A DNA stretch of 64,000 nucleotides from an uncultured Gemmatimonadales bacterium (GTDB lineage Bacteria > Gemmatimonadota > Gemmatimonadetes > Gemmatimonadales > GWC2-71-9): contig CAWGED010000019.1 of NCBI GenBank assembly GCA_963821525.1, forward strand, positions 1,032,233-1,096,232. Direction: 5' to 3'. Below the pieces are notes generated by a model. The model worked only from the letters and a program-made list of their open reading frames with translations, did not search any database and was not told the DNA's origin. Each line of letters starts with the position of its first letter. The stretch's first letter is position 1. This document shows positions 1 through 9,023 of this stretch, piece by piece. The translations under genes were made by a program, and so were the position numbers.

Positions 1-2
1 CG

Positions 3-410
3 CAGACCGGGCAAGGAGCATTCGACATTGCCAAGCAAAGCGCGTCGCTCTCCAAGACGAGCTCGCTCGCGGAGGCCGACAAGGAGGAGAACGAGAAGCT
101 CATGATCGGCGCGGCAGCGAATAAGGACATCGATATGAAGCGGGTCGGGGGTAGGATCTTCGCGCGGCGAGATGGCGTCTGGACGGATGCCGCGTTGGGC
201 GATAGTCTGCGGGTGATTGAGGTAGCGCCCTACAGCGACGCCTACTTCGCCGTTGCCCGGGCCCTTCCCGAACTGGGGCCCTGCCTGGTTCTGGGAGATG
301 AAGTCGCAATCGCTGGCCGATCAGTGACCGTTCGCATCACGGCCAAAGGTGCGCAGTCGATTTCGAACCGAGATCTGACGGCGCTGGTGAAGGGATTCCG
401 GGGAGTCTGA
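3..410 (+). CDS. 3' part of a gene running off the window start; C-terminus resembles VIT/vWA-domain proteins
   Basis: Frame is open from base 3 to TGA at 408-410. Segments TGQGAFDIAKQS and RVGGRIFARRDGVWTD...VAPYSDAYF resemble tails of VIT-vWA proteins. The family call is from recall only. Confidence 0.55.
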   Translation, partial: QTGQGAFDIAKQSASLSKTSSLAEADKEENEKLMIGAAANKDIDMKRVGGRIFARRDGVWTDAALGDSLRVIEVAPYSDAYFAVARALPELGPCLVLGDEVAIAGRSVTVRITAKGAQSISNRDLTALVKGFRGV

Positions 411-411
411 G

Positions 412-912
412 GTGGCCCACACGGTCGAATCGCTTTACGCCACGTACCACGAGTCGCTCGTGCGGATGCTGTACCGCCGCACGGGCGATCGTGATCGGGC
501 CGAGGACCTCGCTCAGGAAGTGTTTGCCCGGGCCCTGACCACGCCACCCGACAACCCGCGACCCTGGCTGTTTGCGGTTGCGCTCAACCTGGTGCGTGAT
601 GACGGGCGTCGCGCCGTTCGCCAGGGGCGGCGACTCCAGCTCCTCAAGGCGGAAAGCACCACGACTTCGCCGGGGCCGGATCACGATTATGAGAGGGAGC
701 AACAGATTCGCGCGGTTCGCGCGGCATTGGACGAGATGAACGAGCGGGATCGCGACGTCCTGTTGCTGAAGGCAGAAGGATTCAACTACGACGAAATCGC
801 CGCGACCACAGGGTTGGCGAAAGGAGCCATCGGAACCACGCTGGCTCGAGCTCGCCGCCGGCTGGTCGAGGAATATCGAAAGCAGGATAAGGACCGCTAT
901 GCCGCATCTTGA
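412..912 (+). CDS. ECF RNA polymerase sigma-70 factor
   Basis: Region 2 (AEDLAQEVF, WLFAVALN) and region 4 (GFNYDEIA...GAIGTTLARARRRL). Confidence 0.93.
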   Translation: MAHTVESLYATYHESLVRMLYRRTGDRDRAEDLAQEVFARALTTPPDNPRPWLFAVALNLVRDDGRRAVRQGRRLQLLKAESTTTSPGPDHDYEREQQIRAVRAALDEMNERDRDVLLLKAEGFNYDEIAATTGLAKGAIGTTLARARRRLVEEYRKQDKDRYAAS

Positions 913-1990
913 CGAAGGCCACATCCACGCCATGCTGGATGGCGAGCTGACCACCGCCGACCGTGAGGCCGCGGAGCAGCATCTCCGAGCCTGCGCCGAG
1001 TGCCAGCAACTGCTGGCCGAGGCGCGGAGCCTGTTCGCCGAAGCGGACCGGCTAGTTGAGACGCTGGTGCCGCCGGCAGCCAGCCAGCCGGCTCGCAAAC
1101 TCCCAACCGTCCGCGCCGGGGGGAAGAACTACCGATGGTTGGCCTGGGCAGCGACTGTCGTGATGGCCGTGGGGTTGGGGTACTACGGAAGCGCGCTGCG
1201 GGACAAGACTCAAGTCACGGCTTCCGGCGACTCATTGCTCAAACAGGACGAGTTGCGCGAGACCGCGCCCGGGATCATCGGAGCCGCCCCGCCGGCCGAC
1301 GCGGCCTCAAGCCTGGCACAAAAGAGCGAATCGCGCCGCGCTCCCGAACTCGCCAAGTCCGCCCCGGGCGCCAAGGCGGCGGAAGCCCCGATCACAGCGA
1401 ATAAGGTTACGCTCGGAGATTCATCCAGGTCCGGCCAGCGGGCGGATGCTTTGGACGAAGCGGCCGAGGAGGGGCAAATGCTTCGGGATAAGGAACGAAA
1501 CGAGAAAGATGCCAAGGCCCAGGCCGAACCGCCGGGCCGCCTGGTCGAAACGCCGATGCCCAAGCCCAAAGTCCTGAACACCGAGATCCCCACCGGATTC
1601 CGAGCTAGCTCTTTGGAGGAGGCAGTCCGGGTTCTTGGTGGAAGCGTCTTGCTGATCGATGGGATGACCCCTCAGATGGTCCTGGTGGGCTCGGGCGCCG
1701 CATTCGCTGGTGGGAATCCCGATCAGGAGGTGGTACGAGTCGTCTACGATGACCCGCCAGGACGTCAACTTTGGCTCGATCAGCAGCGAATCGAGCAAGC
1801 ACCTGAGGGTGCCGCTCAGGCCCTTAGAGCCACCTCTAAGCTGAACCTGCTTCCGGGAGATACCTTGGTAACGCCGGCTGCGGATGGCGCTTCCAGCCTC
1901 AACTGGGTCTCGCAAGCCATGTTTCGGCTTGGGCTTAGGGGATTTCTCCCGACCGACTCCTTGCGCGCTCTGGCACGACGGGTGCGGTGA
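899..1990 (+). CDS. zf-HC2 (ZAS) transmembrane anti-sigma factor
   Basis: HLRACAEC motif; TM WLAWAATVVMAVGLGYY; overlaps the sigma gene stop. Confidence 0.88.
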   Translation: MPHLDEGHIHAMLDGELTTADREAAEQHLRACAECQQLLAEARSLFAEADRLVETLVPPAASQPARKLPTVRAGGKNYRWLAWAATVVMAVGLGYYGSALRDKTQVTASGDSLLKQDELRETAPGIIGAAPPADAASSLAQKSESRRAPELAKSAPGAKAAEAPITANKVTLGDSSRSGQRADALDEAAEEGQMLRDKERNEKDAKAQAEPPGRLVETPMPKPKVLNTEIPTGFRASSLEEAVRVLGGSVLLIDGMTPQMVLVGSGAAFAGGNPDQEVVRVVYDDPPGRQLWLDQQRIEQAPEGAAQALRATSKLNLLPGDTLVTPAADGASSLNWVSQAMFRLGLRGFLPTDSLRALARRVR

Positions 1991-2062
1991 CGGGATCCGG
2001 CCCCTACTTTGTAAGAAACTCCCGCTAGATTAGGGATCCAGCAGGTCCGGATTTTCCGAAGC

Positions 2063-3040
2063 ATGGCGCACATAGACGAACGCACGCTCGAGCAGCTCCT
2101 GAACCACAAGATGTCCCGGTTGGACATTGACGTGGTGCTCGCACATGCTGCCGAGTGTCGTGGATGTGGACATCGGCTTGAGGAATGGCGCGATCACTTT
2201 GAGGAGATCGCGACCCTCCTTCCTGACCCGCAGTCGATCCCTCAGCCGATGGCCCTCCCTGCGGCCTTCGTGCTGGTCCCGGACAATCCCGCTCCCAGGC
2301 ATCGCTTCGATCTCACCAATTTGCTGTGGATTGCGGCCGTCGCGCTCGCATTGATCGTCGGGTACTCCGCCAGCCGGCTGCAACGGAATTCATCCGACGG
2401 TCTGGTGACGTCGATCGGTGTTAATCCGATGGCCGAAGCTCCCCAGAACCTCGCGATGTCGAGGGACAGTCTTGCGTCGCCCTCAATCGACACGACTGCG
2501 AAGGTGGTCGATTCGGCCAAGGCTGATACGCCATCGACTCGTCCGGTACAGCAGGACCCGCCAGCCGCTCCGCCCCGCACCGCGACTACCAAGGCTCCGG
2601 CTCCTGCCGCATCCATGGGTGCTTCTCCTAAGCCGGACGCGTCGGTAACCATGCCGGGATTCCGGCGAGTTGCCCTGGGTGAGGCATCACGGCGTCTCGA
2701 TGGTGGAATTCGCTTCCTGAGCAATCTGAATCCCGATCACGTCGAGCTCGGCCCCGGCTCCGCGGTGCCCGGTGCCCAGGCGTCCCTCGATGTCGTCCGG
2801 GTCGTGTATAACACACCGGATGGCTCGCGTATCCTGCTGGATCAACAGCGAATCCCCTTGGACGAATCTGGATTCCGACCGATCAACGATGCGGCGCTGG
2901 AGAACGGAGACACGCTCTATGGCAGCTCGGCGCAGGGCGTGAGTGTCGCGACCTGGGTGGACGACGACGGCTACCGCATGTCTCTCGTACTTCGGGCCGC
3001 GCCGGACTCGCTGCGGAAACTGATCCGGCGGGTTCGCTGA
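2063..3040 (+). CDS. second zf-HC2 transmembrane anti-sigma-like protein, paralog of 899..1990
   Basis: HAAECRGC motif, one TM helix, and a C-terminal domain clearly similar to the upstream gene (VVRVVY...LDQQRI...DSLR...RRVR). Confidence 0.8.
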   Translation: MAHIDERTLEQLLNHKMSRLDIDVVLAHAAECRGCGHRLEEWRDHFEEIATLLPDPQSIPQPMALPAAFVLVPDNPAPRHRFDLTNLLWIAAVALALIVGYSASRLQRNSSDGLVTSIGVNPMAEAPQNLAMSRDSLASPSIDTTAKVVDSAKADTPSTRPVQQDPPAAPPRTATTKAPAPAASMGASPKPDASVTMPGFRRVALGEASRRLDGGIRFLSNLNPDHVELGPGSAVPGAQASLDVVRVVYNTPDGSRILLDQQRIPLDESGFRPINDAALENGDTLYGSSAQGVSVATWVDDDGYRMSLVLRAAPDSLRKLIRRVR

Positions 3041-3160
3041 CAGCTCCCTCAGTTGCTAATCCATTGTCGCTGCAAATCTCTTCTGATCACTATTAGCTTG
3101 AGCCTCAACCCGGCCGCGATTCGTGGCTGGTGCGCGTCTGACAAATGTTCAGGAGATTCC

Positions 3161-3691
3161 ATGAAACGTCATCTGCTTTCCGGTCTCGCACTCCTTGCCC
3201 TCTTCGCTGTTGGTGCGCGCTCGGCTCAGGCTCAGGAAGGGTTCTACTTCGGTGTTGGCGGTGGCGGAACGGAGCCGGTGGGAGACTATAGCGACGCAGC
3301 GAACTTCGGGTGGCATGGCCTCGCGATCATCGGGTACCGCCCGGGAGCCCACACGCCCTCCTCCTTCAGGATCGACGGCCTGTATGGCGAAAACGATTTT
3401 GAGGCTGGCGGTGGCAAGTTCAAGCTTGCTGGCGGTCTCGCCAACGGGGTCTATGAGTTCGGCTCGGGGAAAGCCAAGGCCTATCTGGTCGGTGGCATCG
3501 GGGTTTTCAGTGTCAAAGCGGGCAGCAGCAGTAGCACCAAGTTCTCTGCGGGTGGCGGGGCTGGGGTCAACATTCCGGTGGGCTCCGACTCCAAGATATT
3601 CTTCGAGGCTCGGTACATCAGCGTGTTCACCGAGACCTTCAATACTGCCTTCATCCCGCTGACACTTGGAATCACCTTCGGGGTGAATTAA
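3161..3691 (+). CDS. outer membrane beta-barrel protein (OmpA/OmpW-like)
   Basis: AGGAGA RBS, signal peptide ending AQA, Gly/aromatic-rich strands, FFEARY, C-terminal LGITF. Confidence 0.85.
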   Translation: MKRHLLSGLALLALFAVGARSAQAQEGFYFGVGGGGTEPVGDYSDAANFGWHGLAIIGYRPGAHTPSSFRIDGLYGENDFEAGGGKFKLAGGLANGVYEFGSGKAKAYLVGGIGVFSVKAGSSSSTKFSAGGGAGVNIPVGSDSKIFFEARYISVFTETFNTAFIPLTLGITFGVN

Positions 3692-3713
3692 TCCGAAATC
3701 TTTTCGACCACTG

Positions 3714-3747
3714 AGCGGCTGCCCTGCGGGGCAGCCGCTTGTTGTTT
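3714..3747 (+). terminator. rho-independent terminator between convergent genes
   Basis: AGCGGCTGCCC-tgcg-GGGCAGCCGCT stem followed by TGTTGTTT. Confidence 0.75.
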
Positions 3748-4973
3748 CAGACTCTTGCCGCCGCGATTCCCGCTGCCCGGCCGGTTGCCCAGGCCCAGGC
3801 AAAGTTGTGTCCGCCAATCGGTCCGAATGCATCCAGCATCTCTCCGCAGAGGAAGAGTCCAGGACAACGGCGGCTCTCGAGCGTCGTCGGGTGAACCTCG
3901 GAGAGCGCCACACCGCCTCCGGTGACTTCGGCCTTCCGGTACCCCTCGTCCCCGGTCCAGGGGAGTTCGTATCGGACCAGCAGATCCACCAACCGGAGTC
4001 GTGCGTCGCGCGGCAGCTGTGAAATCGGTAGACCCGGCTCGAGGCCCGCCTCCATCAGGAGCCCCTCCCCCAGTCGAGCCGGAAGTTGGCGACGAATGAC
4101 GGAGCCAACTGTTGCGGCGGTGCGTTGCTGTAACATTCCATTCCACTCATCCTGACCCAGGGCGCACCAGTTCACCGTGAGTCGAGGGAGTGGCTCTCCC
4201 CGGAGTCGCGCTCGCGCTGCCAGGTGGGAAATGTCGAGGACAGCGGGACCACTGTAACCGCGATGAGTAAAGAGAAACCCGCCAGTCGTATGGAAACGGT
4301 TCGCCTGAGCGGACAACGAGGAATGCAACGAAACCCCGGCCAGCTCCTGATGGAATGCGGAACTCCCCGTAAGTGGAGTGAGCGCGGGATATGGGTTGAC
4401 GACGGTGTGCCCGAGCGCCCGGGCCAGATCGAGCCCGACCCCGTCACTGCCTGTGTTAGGCACCGAGAGACCGCCGGTGGCGAGCACGACGGACCGCGCG
4501 GTTAGTGGCCCGTTACCCGCGGTCTCAAGACGCCACCCAGCCGGCACTCCCTCGAGGCTGGCCAACCGGGAGCCGAAGGACACCAGCGCGCCCTGGCGCT
4601 TCGCCTGATTCACCAGACCATCACGGACGTCGCGGGCCCGGTTCGATACGGGGAAGAGCTTGCCGGTTTCCTCTTCGAGAACCAGCGGGATATTGAGGTC
4701 TCGCTCGAAAAACGCTCGTTGCTGCTCCAGAGGGAAGGAGAGGAGCATTCGCCGGAGGGTATGCGGAGAGGACTCGGTCACGAATCGCCCCGGATCGAGC
4801 GCCGAGGGAAGGACGTTGCACCTTCCTCCTCCGCTAATCAGGATCTTGCGGCCGCCGTCGCGGGTTCCCTCCAGAAGCACTACCCTGGCCCCGGCCTGCG
4901 CTGCGGAGATAGCCGCCATCAGCCCGGCGGCACCCGCGCCGACGACTACGACCGGAAGATTCTCAGAATCCAT
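3747..4973 (-). CDS. HI0933/YhiN/BaiN family flavoprotein oxidoreductase
   Basis: GAGAAG, GRKILISGGGRCN, ATGG, VTGGGV, GPIGGHNF motifs. Confidence 0.93.
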   Translation of the reverse strand: MDSENLPVVVVGAGAAGLMAAISAAQAGARVVLLEGTRDGGRKILISGGGRCNVLPSALDPGRFVTESSPHTLRRMLLSFPLEQQRAFFERDLNIPLVLEEETGKLFPVSNRARDVRDGLVNQAKRQGALVSFGSRLASLEGVPAGWRLETAGNGPLTARSVVLATGGLSVPNTGSDGVGLDLARALGHTVVNPYPALTPLTGSSAFHQELAGVSLHSSLSAQANRFHTTGGFLFTHRGYSGPAVLDISHLAARARLRGEPLPRLTVNWCALGQDEWNGMLQQRTAATVGSVIRRQLPARLGEGLLMEAGLEPGLPISQLPRDARLRLVDLLVRYELPWTGDEGYRKAEVTGGGVALSEVHPTTLESRRCPGLFLCGEMLDAFGPIGGHNFAWAWATGRAAGIAAARV

Positions 4974-5019
4974 GGTGGCAATATGAAGCCCTCCTCCAGC
5001 CGGCGCATATTACTGATCT

Positions 5020-6393
5020 ATGAAAACCATCATCGAGCCGTTCCGCATCAAGTCGGTCGAGCCGATCAGGATGACCTCCCGCGAAGAGCGGGAAGCGAAG
5101 CTCAAAGAAGCCGCGTACAACGTCTTCCTGCTGCGTTCTGAAGACGTCCTCATCGACCTCCTCACCGACAGCGGAACCTCGGCGATGAGCTCGGCCCAGT
5201 GGGGCGCCATGATGCGGGGAGATGAGTCCTACGCCGGGAGCCCCTCGTTCTTCCGTTTCGAGGAGGCGGTGCGGGACATCTTTGGCTTCCGGCACGTCCT
5301 GCCCACACACCAGGGCCGTGCCGCAGAGCGTATCCTGTTCTCCGTCATGTGCAAACCGGGAGACGTAGTTCCCAACAACACCCACTTCGACACGACGCGT
5401 GCCAACGTGGAGTTCGTCGGAGCCAACGCGGTCGACCTGGTGATCGCTGAAGGGCGTAAACCGGAGGCGCGGCATCCGTTCAAGGGAAACATGGATGTTG
5501 CCGCACTGGGCCGGTTGATCTCCGAGGTCGGACCGGAGCGAATCCCCCTCTGCCTGATCACCGTCACCAACAATTCAGGCGGTGGGCAGCCGGTTTCGAT
5601 GGAGAATGTGCGGGCGGTCTCTACCCTCTGCCGGACCAACAAGATCCCGCTTTACATCGATGCCTGCCGGTTTGCGGAGAACGCCTATTTCATCAAACAG
5701 CGGGAGAGCGGCTACCTGGACAAGGTACCCCTCGCCATTGCGCAGGAGCTCTTTTCTTACGCCGACGGCTGCACCATGTCCGCCAAGAAAGACGGCATGG
5801 TGAACATGGGAGGGTTCCTCGCTACCAACCAGACATCACTGGCCGATCGGGCCCGCGATCTGCTCATTCTGACGGAGGGATTCCCGACCTACGGCGGGCT
5901 TGCCGGGCGCGACCTGGAAGCGATCGCCGTCGGCCTATACGAGGCATTGAATGAGGATTACCTGCTCTATCGGATCACCTCCACCACCTATCTCGGCGAG
6001 CACATCGCGCGGGCAGGCGTGCCGATCGTTCAACCTCCGGGCGGCCACGCAGTGTACATCGACGCGGCAGCATTCTTTCCGCAGATCCCCAATCTCCAGC
6101 TGCCCGGGCAGGCCCTGGTCGTCGAGCTGTACCGGGAGGCGGGCATCCGCGGGGTCGAAATCGGCACCGTGATGTTTGGGCGACGGGACCCCGAGACCGG
6201 CGTCGAGTCAGCTGCACCGATGGAGCTGGTGCGCCTTGCGATACCCCGTCGAGTGTATACCCAGAGCCACGTGGATTATGTGGTTGAGGCGATCCTTAAT
6301 GTGTGGGAACGCCGGGCGGCGGTTCGGGGCTACCGGTTCCTCGAACAAGCGCCCTTCCTCCGGCACTTCACGGCACGGTTCGCCCCGCTGTGA
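5020..6393 (+). CDS. tnaA: tryptophanase (beta-eliminating lyase)
   Basis: EPFRIKSVEP, DLLTDSGT, PLP-site MSAKKD. C-terminal LRHFTA has His as in tryptophanase, not the RFFT of tyrosine phenol-lyase. Confidence 0.85.
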   Translation: MKTIIEPFRIKSVEPIRMTSREEREAKLKEAAYNVFLLRSEDVLIDLLTDSGTSAMSSAQWGAMMRGDESYAGSPSFFRFEEAVRDIFGFRHVLPTHQGRAAERILFSVMCKPGDVVPNNTHFDTTRANVEFVGANAVDLVIAEGRKPEARHPFKGNMDVAALGRLISEVGPERIPLCLITVTNNSGGGQPVSMENVRAVSTLCRTNKIPLYIDACRFAENAYFIKQRESGYLDKVPLAIAQELFSYADGCTMSAKKDGMVNMGGFLATNQTSLADRARDLLILTEGFPTYGGLAGRDLEAIAVGLYEALNEDYLLYRITSTTYLGEHIARAGVPIVQPPGGHAVYIDAAAFFPQIPNLQLPGQALVVELYREAGIRGVEIGTVMFGRRDPETGVESAAPMELVRLAIPRRVYTQSHVDYVVEAILNVWERRAAVRGYRFLEQAPFLRHFTARFAPL

Positions 6394-6431
6394 GCGGCAG
6401 CCTGGAATCGGGCTGATTGCTTTCAGGATAT

Positions 6432-6452
6432 ATAAGTGTGCGGCATACATAT
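6432..6452. promoter_or_regulatory. palindromic operator-like site (copy 2), downstream of marR
   Basis: ATAAGTGTG-cgg-CATACATAT, matching the palindrome in the marR promoter. Confidence 0.55.
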
Positions 6453-6480
6453 ATACCTCCCATCAAAGAGCCGCCTGGGC

Positions 6481-6996
6481 TCAGGACCGGGCCAGCGCTG
6501 CGCCGTTCACGGGGCAAGTCTCCTCTGGGCATGCGTCCAGTTCGCATAGTCGGCAGATGTGATCGGAGTGCGCGGGACTGCGAGTGATTCCGAACAGGAC
6601 CTTCTCCACCGATCGCATGAACTGGCTTCTCTCGGCCGCGCCCAGGTGACCGAGAGCTGCATCCATGGACTGACGCCGGGCATCGAGGATCCGCTGATAG
6701 ACCCGTTTGCCCGCGGCGGTCAGAAATACCGCGGCCGAGCGACCATCTTTCCCTGCCCGGCGCTCTACGATCCCCTCCTCCTCCAGCCGATCAAGCAGCC
6801 GCACCGTGCCAGAATGGGACAGGTCGAGCGCACGACGCAGGGTCTCAATCGTTTGGCCCGGCTCTCCGCCAACGGTTACGATCGCAGCCGGGCTGGCAGC
6901 GGCATGTCCCGCAATGCCTTCCGTGGCGGCAGAGATCTCATCCCCCAAGGCAACGGCGAGAGCGCCGAGCAGGTTAGAAGAACGAGGGTCACTCAT
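6481..6996 (-). CDS. MarR family regulator with Cys-rich C-terminus
   Basis: wHTH LSHSGTVRLLDRLE...DGRS...LT; tail HICRLCELDACPEETCPV; ATG at 6996. Confidence 0.9.
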   Translation of the reverse strand: MSDPRSSNLLGALAVALGDEISAATEGIAGHAAASPAAIVTVGGEPGQTIETLRRALDLSHSGTVRLLDRLEEEGIVERRAGKDGRSAAVFLTAAGKRVYQRILDARRQSMDAALGHLGAAERSQFMRSVEKVLFGITRSPAHSDHICRLCELDACPEETCPVNGAALARS

Positions 6997-7002
6997 AGGG
7001 CC

Positions 7003-7031
7003 AATATATGACTTACACACATATCTGTCAA
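7003..7031 (-). promoter_or_regulatory. sigma70 promoter of marR (leaderless) overlapped by operator palindrome (copy 1, 7004-7024)
   Basis: Minus strand reads TTGACA-N17-TATATT-N6-ATG. Confidence 0.8.
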
Positions 7032-7038
7032 GCAACAG

Positions 7039-7533
7039 CTATTTCTTCCGATAAAGCCCATCGAAGGCCACCTGCCAGTCGCCCGGCTTGCTGGAGGTCT
7101 CCCAGAGCTGCCGCACGGAGCCGTCAGGGTTCCGGAAGAACGTCAGGCGCTGCTCCTGCTTACTGCCGTCGGCCGCGGTCACAGTACCGGTGAACAGCAT
7201 CTTGTTATCGGCGTAGGACCCGGACAGGTACAGGTAGTTGCCTGAGTTGTCTACCCAGAATTGATGCCATCGGCGCGCCACCCGGTCGTAGAAATTGAAA
7301 CTCTGCCCGGTGCTTCCCCGCGCTCCGGTCCAGTGCTCGTGCACTACACACCCGTCCTCTTCCAGAGTGATATCATTGGTTCCCGCCTCCTTTCCCTGCA
7401 CCGTCACGTTCCACTGGCCAACCCAGAAGTCGAACTGCCTGAACTCGGCCGTGTCGCACTTCGGAGGTGCCTGCTGAGCTGAGAGAGAGGCCGCAGCGAT
7501 CGCCGCGAATCCAAGATGACGACAAGGGCGCAC
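7039..7533 (-). CDS. exported hypothetical protein (FDFWVGxW family)
   Basis: Signal-like N-terminus, C...EFRQFDFWVGQW, WHQFWVDN, FDGLY; start uncertain. Confidence 0.75.
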   Translation of the reverse strand: MRPCRHLGFAAIAAASLSAQQAPPKCDTAEFRQFDFWVGQWNVTVQGKEAGTNDITLEEDGCVVHEHWTGARGSTGQSFNFYDRVARRWHQFWVDNSGNYLYLSGSYADNKMLFTGTVTAADGSKQEQRLTFFRNPDGSVRQLWETSSKPGDWQVAFDGLYRKK

Positions 7534-7625
7534 GGAGAAACGTCATGGCAGCACCTGTGGCTCGAGGGAAGGTGGAGTGCAGTTCACACCTTACGCCTCG
7601 CCTCGGGCGTGAGTTGCAGGCTGGG

Positions 7626-9023
7626 CTAGAACTGGAAGTAGAGGAACGGACTGGGCACCGCGAACTGGAGCAGGCAGATGGCGAGCAGGATCGCGAGCGC
7701 GAGCGCCGCGGGGCGGCTGCGCGGGAACCGGATCGCCCAGGTGTTGGGAGCGAACCAGACGACGGCGAGTGCGGCAGCCGTAAGAAGCAGAATCGGCGGC
7801 GTGACCAGATACTCGAACCCGCCGGGCCCGGGGCGAAGCCCGCTCATCGTGGCCAGCATGCTTCCCGCTTCTCCCAGTGTTCGCGACCGGAAGAAGACCC
7901 AGCCGATCATGACGGCGAGGAAAGTGGCGAGCCTCGCCAGTACCGGCGAGCGCGGCACGAATCCAAGGTGCCGCAGTCGCGCGTGAGCGGCGAGCAATCC
8001 ACCGTGGAACAGACCCCAGACCACAAATGTCCAGGCGGCGCCGTGCCAGAGGCCGCCTAAAAACATCGTGACGACGAGATTGCGCGCCGTCCGCCAGCGG
8101 CCTCCGTGGGATCCTCCAAGCGGGATGTAGAGATAGTCCCGCAACCAGTAGGAGAGGGACATGTGCCATCGGCGCCAGAATTCGGCCACGTTCCTCGACT
8201 GGTAAGGCGAATCGAAGTTCTGGGGGAACTTGAATCCCAGCAGGAATGCCAGCCCGACGGCCATGTCACTGTAGCCGGAGAAATCGAAGTAGATCTGAAG
8301 CGTGTATCCCAGTGTCGCGAGCCACGCCTCGCCGGTGTCGAGGTGCATGGCCTGTTGCCAGAGCGGATCGACCAGTCCACCCGCCAGCACGTCCGCCACC
8401 AGAACCTTTTTCGCCATGCCGATCACGAGAAGCCACAGTCCGGTTACCCATTCACCCGAATCAGGCCTGCGTTCGAGATTCTCGAACTGATGGCCCATGT
8501 CGGCGTAGCGCACGATCGGGCCGGCAACCAGATGGGGGAACATTGCAACGAAGGCGGAGAACTCGAGAAAACTTCTGGCTGGCCGCAGTCTCCCCCGGTA
8601 AACGTCGATGGTGTAGCTGATCGAGTTGAAGGTGTAGAAGGAGATGCCGACCGGCAGCACGAGATGCATCAGCGGCAAGTCCACAGCGAAACCCAACGCC
8701 CGCCCGATTCCGTTCAGGGTGCCGGCGAAGAAATCGAAATACTTGAAGACGGCGAGGATGCCGAGGTTGAAGACGAGCAGAAGCACCAGCCAGACGGTTC
8801 GATGCCTGCGGTCGGTGCTTCGAGCGATAGCCGCCCCGGCCAGGAAATCGGCCGAGGTGGAGAGAATCATCAGCGGGACGAAGCGATAGTCCCACCAGCC
8901 GTAGAAGACGTAGCTCGCGACGGTGAGGAACAGGAGCCGCGCTCGCCGTCCGGGCAGCAGCCACCAACCCGCCAGGGTCAGCGGGAGGAAAACCAGGAGA
9001 AAGATGTAGCTATTGAACAGCAC
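7626..9023 (-). CDS. MBOAT family O-acyltransferase (AlgI/DltB/PatA-like)
   Basis: MLFNS, PVGISFYTF, AGPIVR, QIYFDFSGYSD, FWRRWHMSLS, GLWHGA, FLYFQF. Confidence 0.95.
   Translation of the reverse strand: MLFNSYIFLLVFLPLTLAGWWLLPGRRARLLFLTVASYVFYGWWDYRFVPLMILSTSADFLAGAAIARSTDRRHRTVWLVLLLVFNLGILAVFKYFDFFAGTLNGIGRALGFAVDLPLMHLVLPVGISFYTFNSISYTIDVYRGRLRPARSFLEFSAFVAMFPHLVAGPIVRYADMGHQFENLERRPDSGEWVTGLWLLVIGMAKKVLVADVLAGGLVDPLWQQAMHLDTGEAWLATLGYTLQIYFDFSGYSDMAVGLAFLLGFKFPQNFDSPYQSRNVAEFWRRWHMSLSYWLRDYLYIPLGGSHGGRWRTARNLVVTMFLGGLWHGAAWTFVVWGLFHGGLLAAHARLRHLGFVPRSPVLARLATFLAVMIGWVFFRSRTLGEAGSMLATMSGLRPGPGGFEYLVTPPILLLTAAALAVVWFAPNTWAIRFPRSRPAALALAILLAICLLQFAVPSPFLYFQF

Noticed and set aside
5020-6393. 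Tyrosine phenol-lyase
   Set aside because: C-terminal RHFT matches tryptophanase rather than the RFFT of TPL; substrate not proven
6208-6450. 80-aa antisense ORF with GGAGGT RBS as a real CDS
   Set aside because: Mostly overlaps tnaA in antisense and has no motif. Kept only as part of the operator finding.
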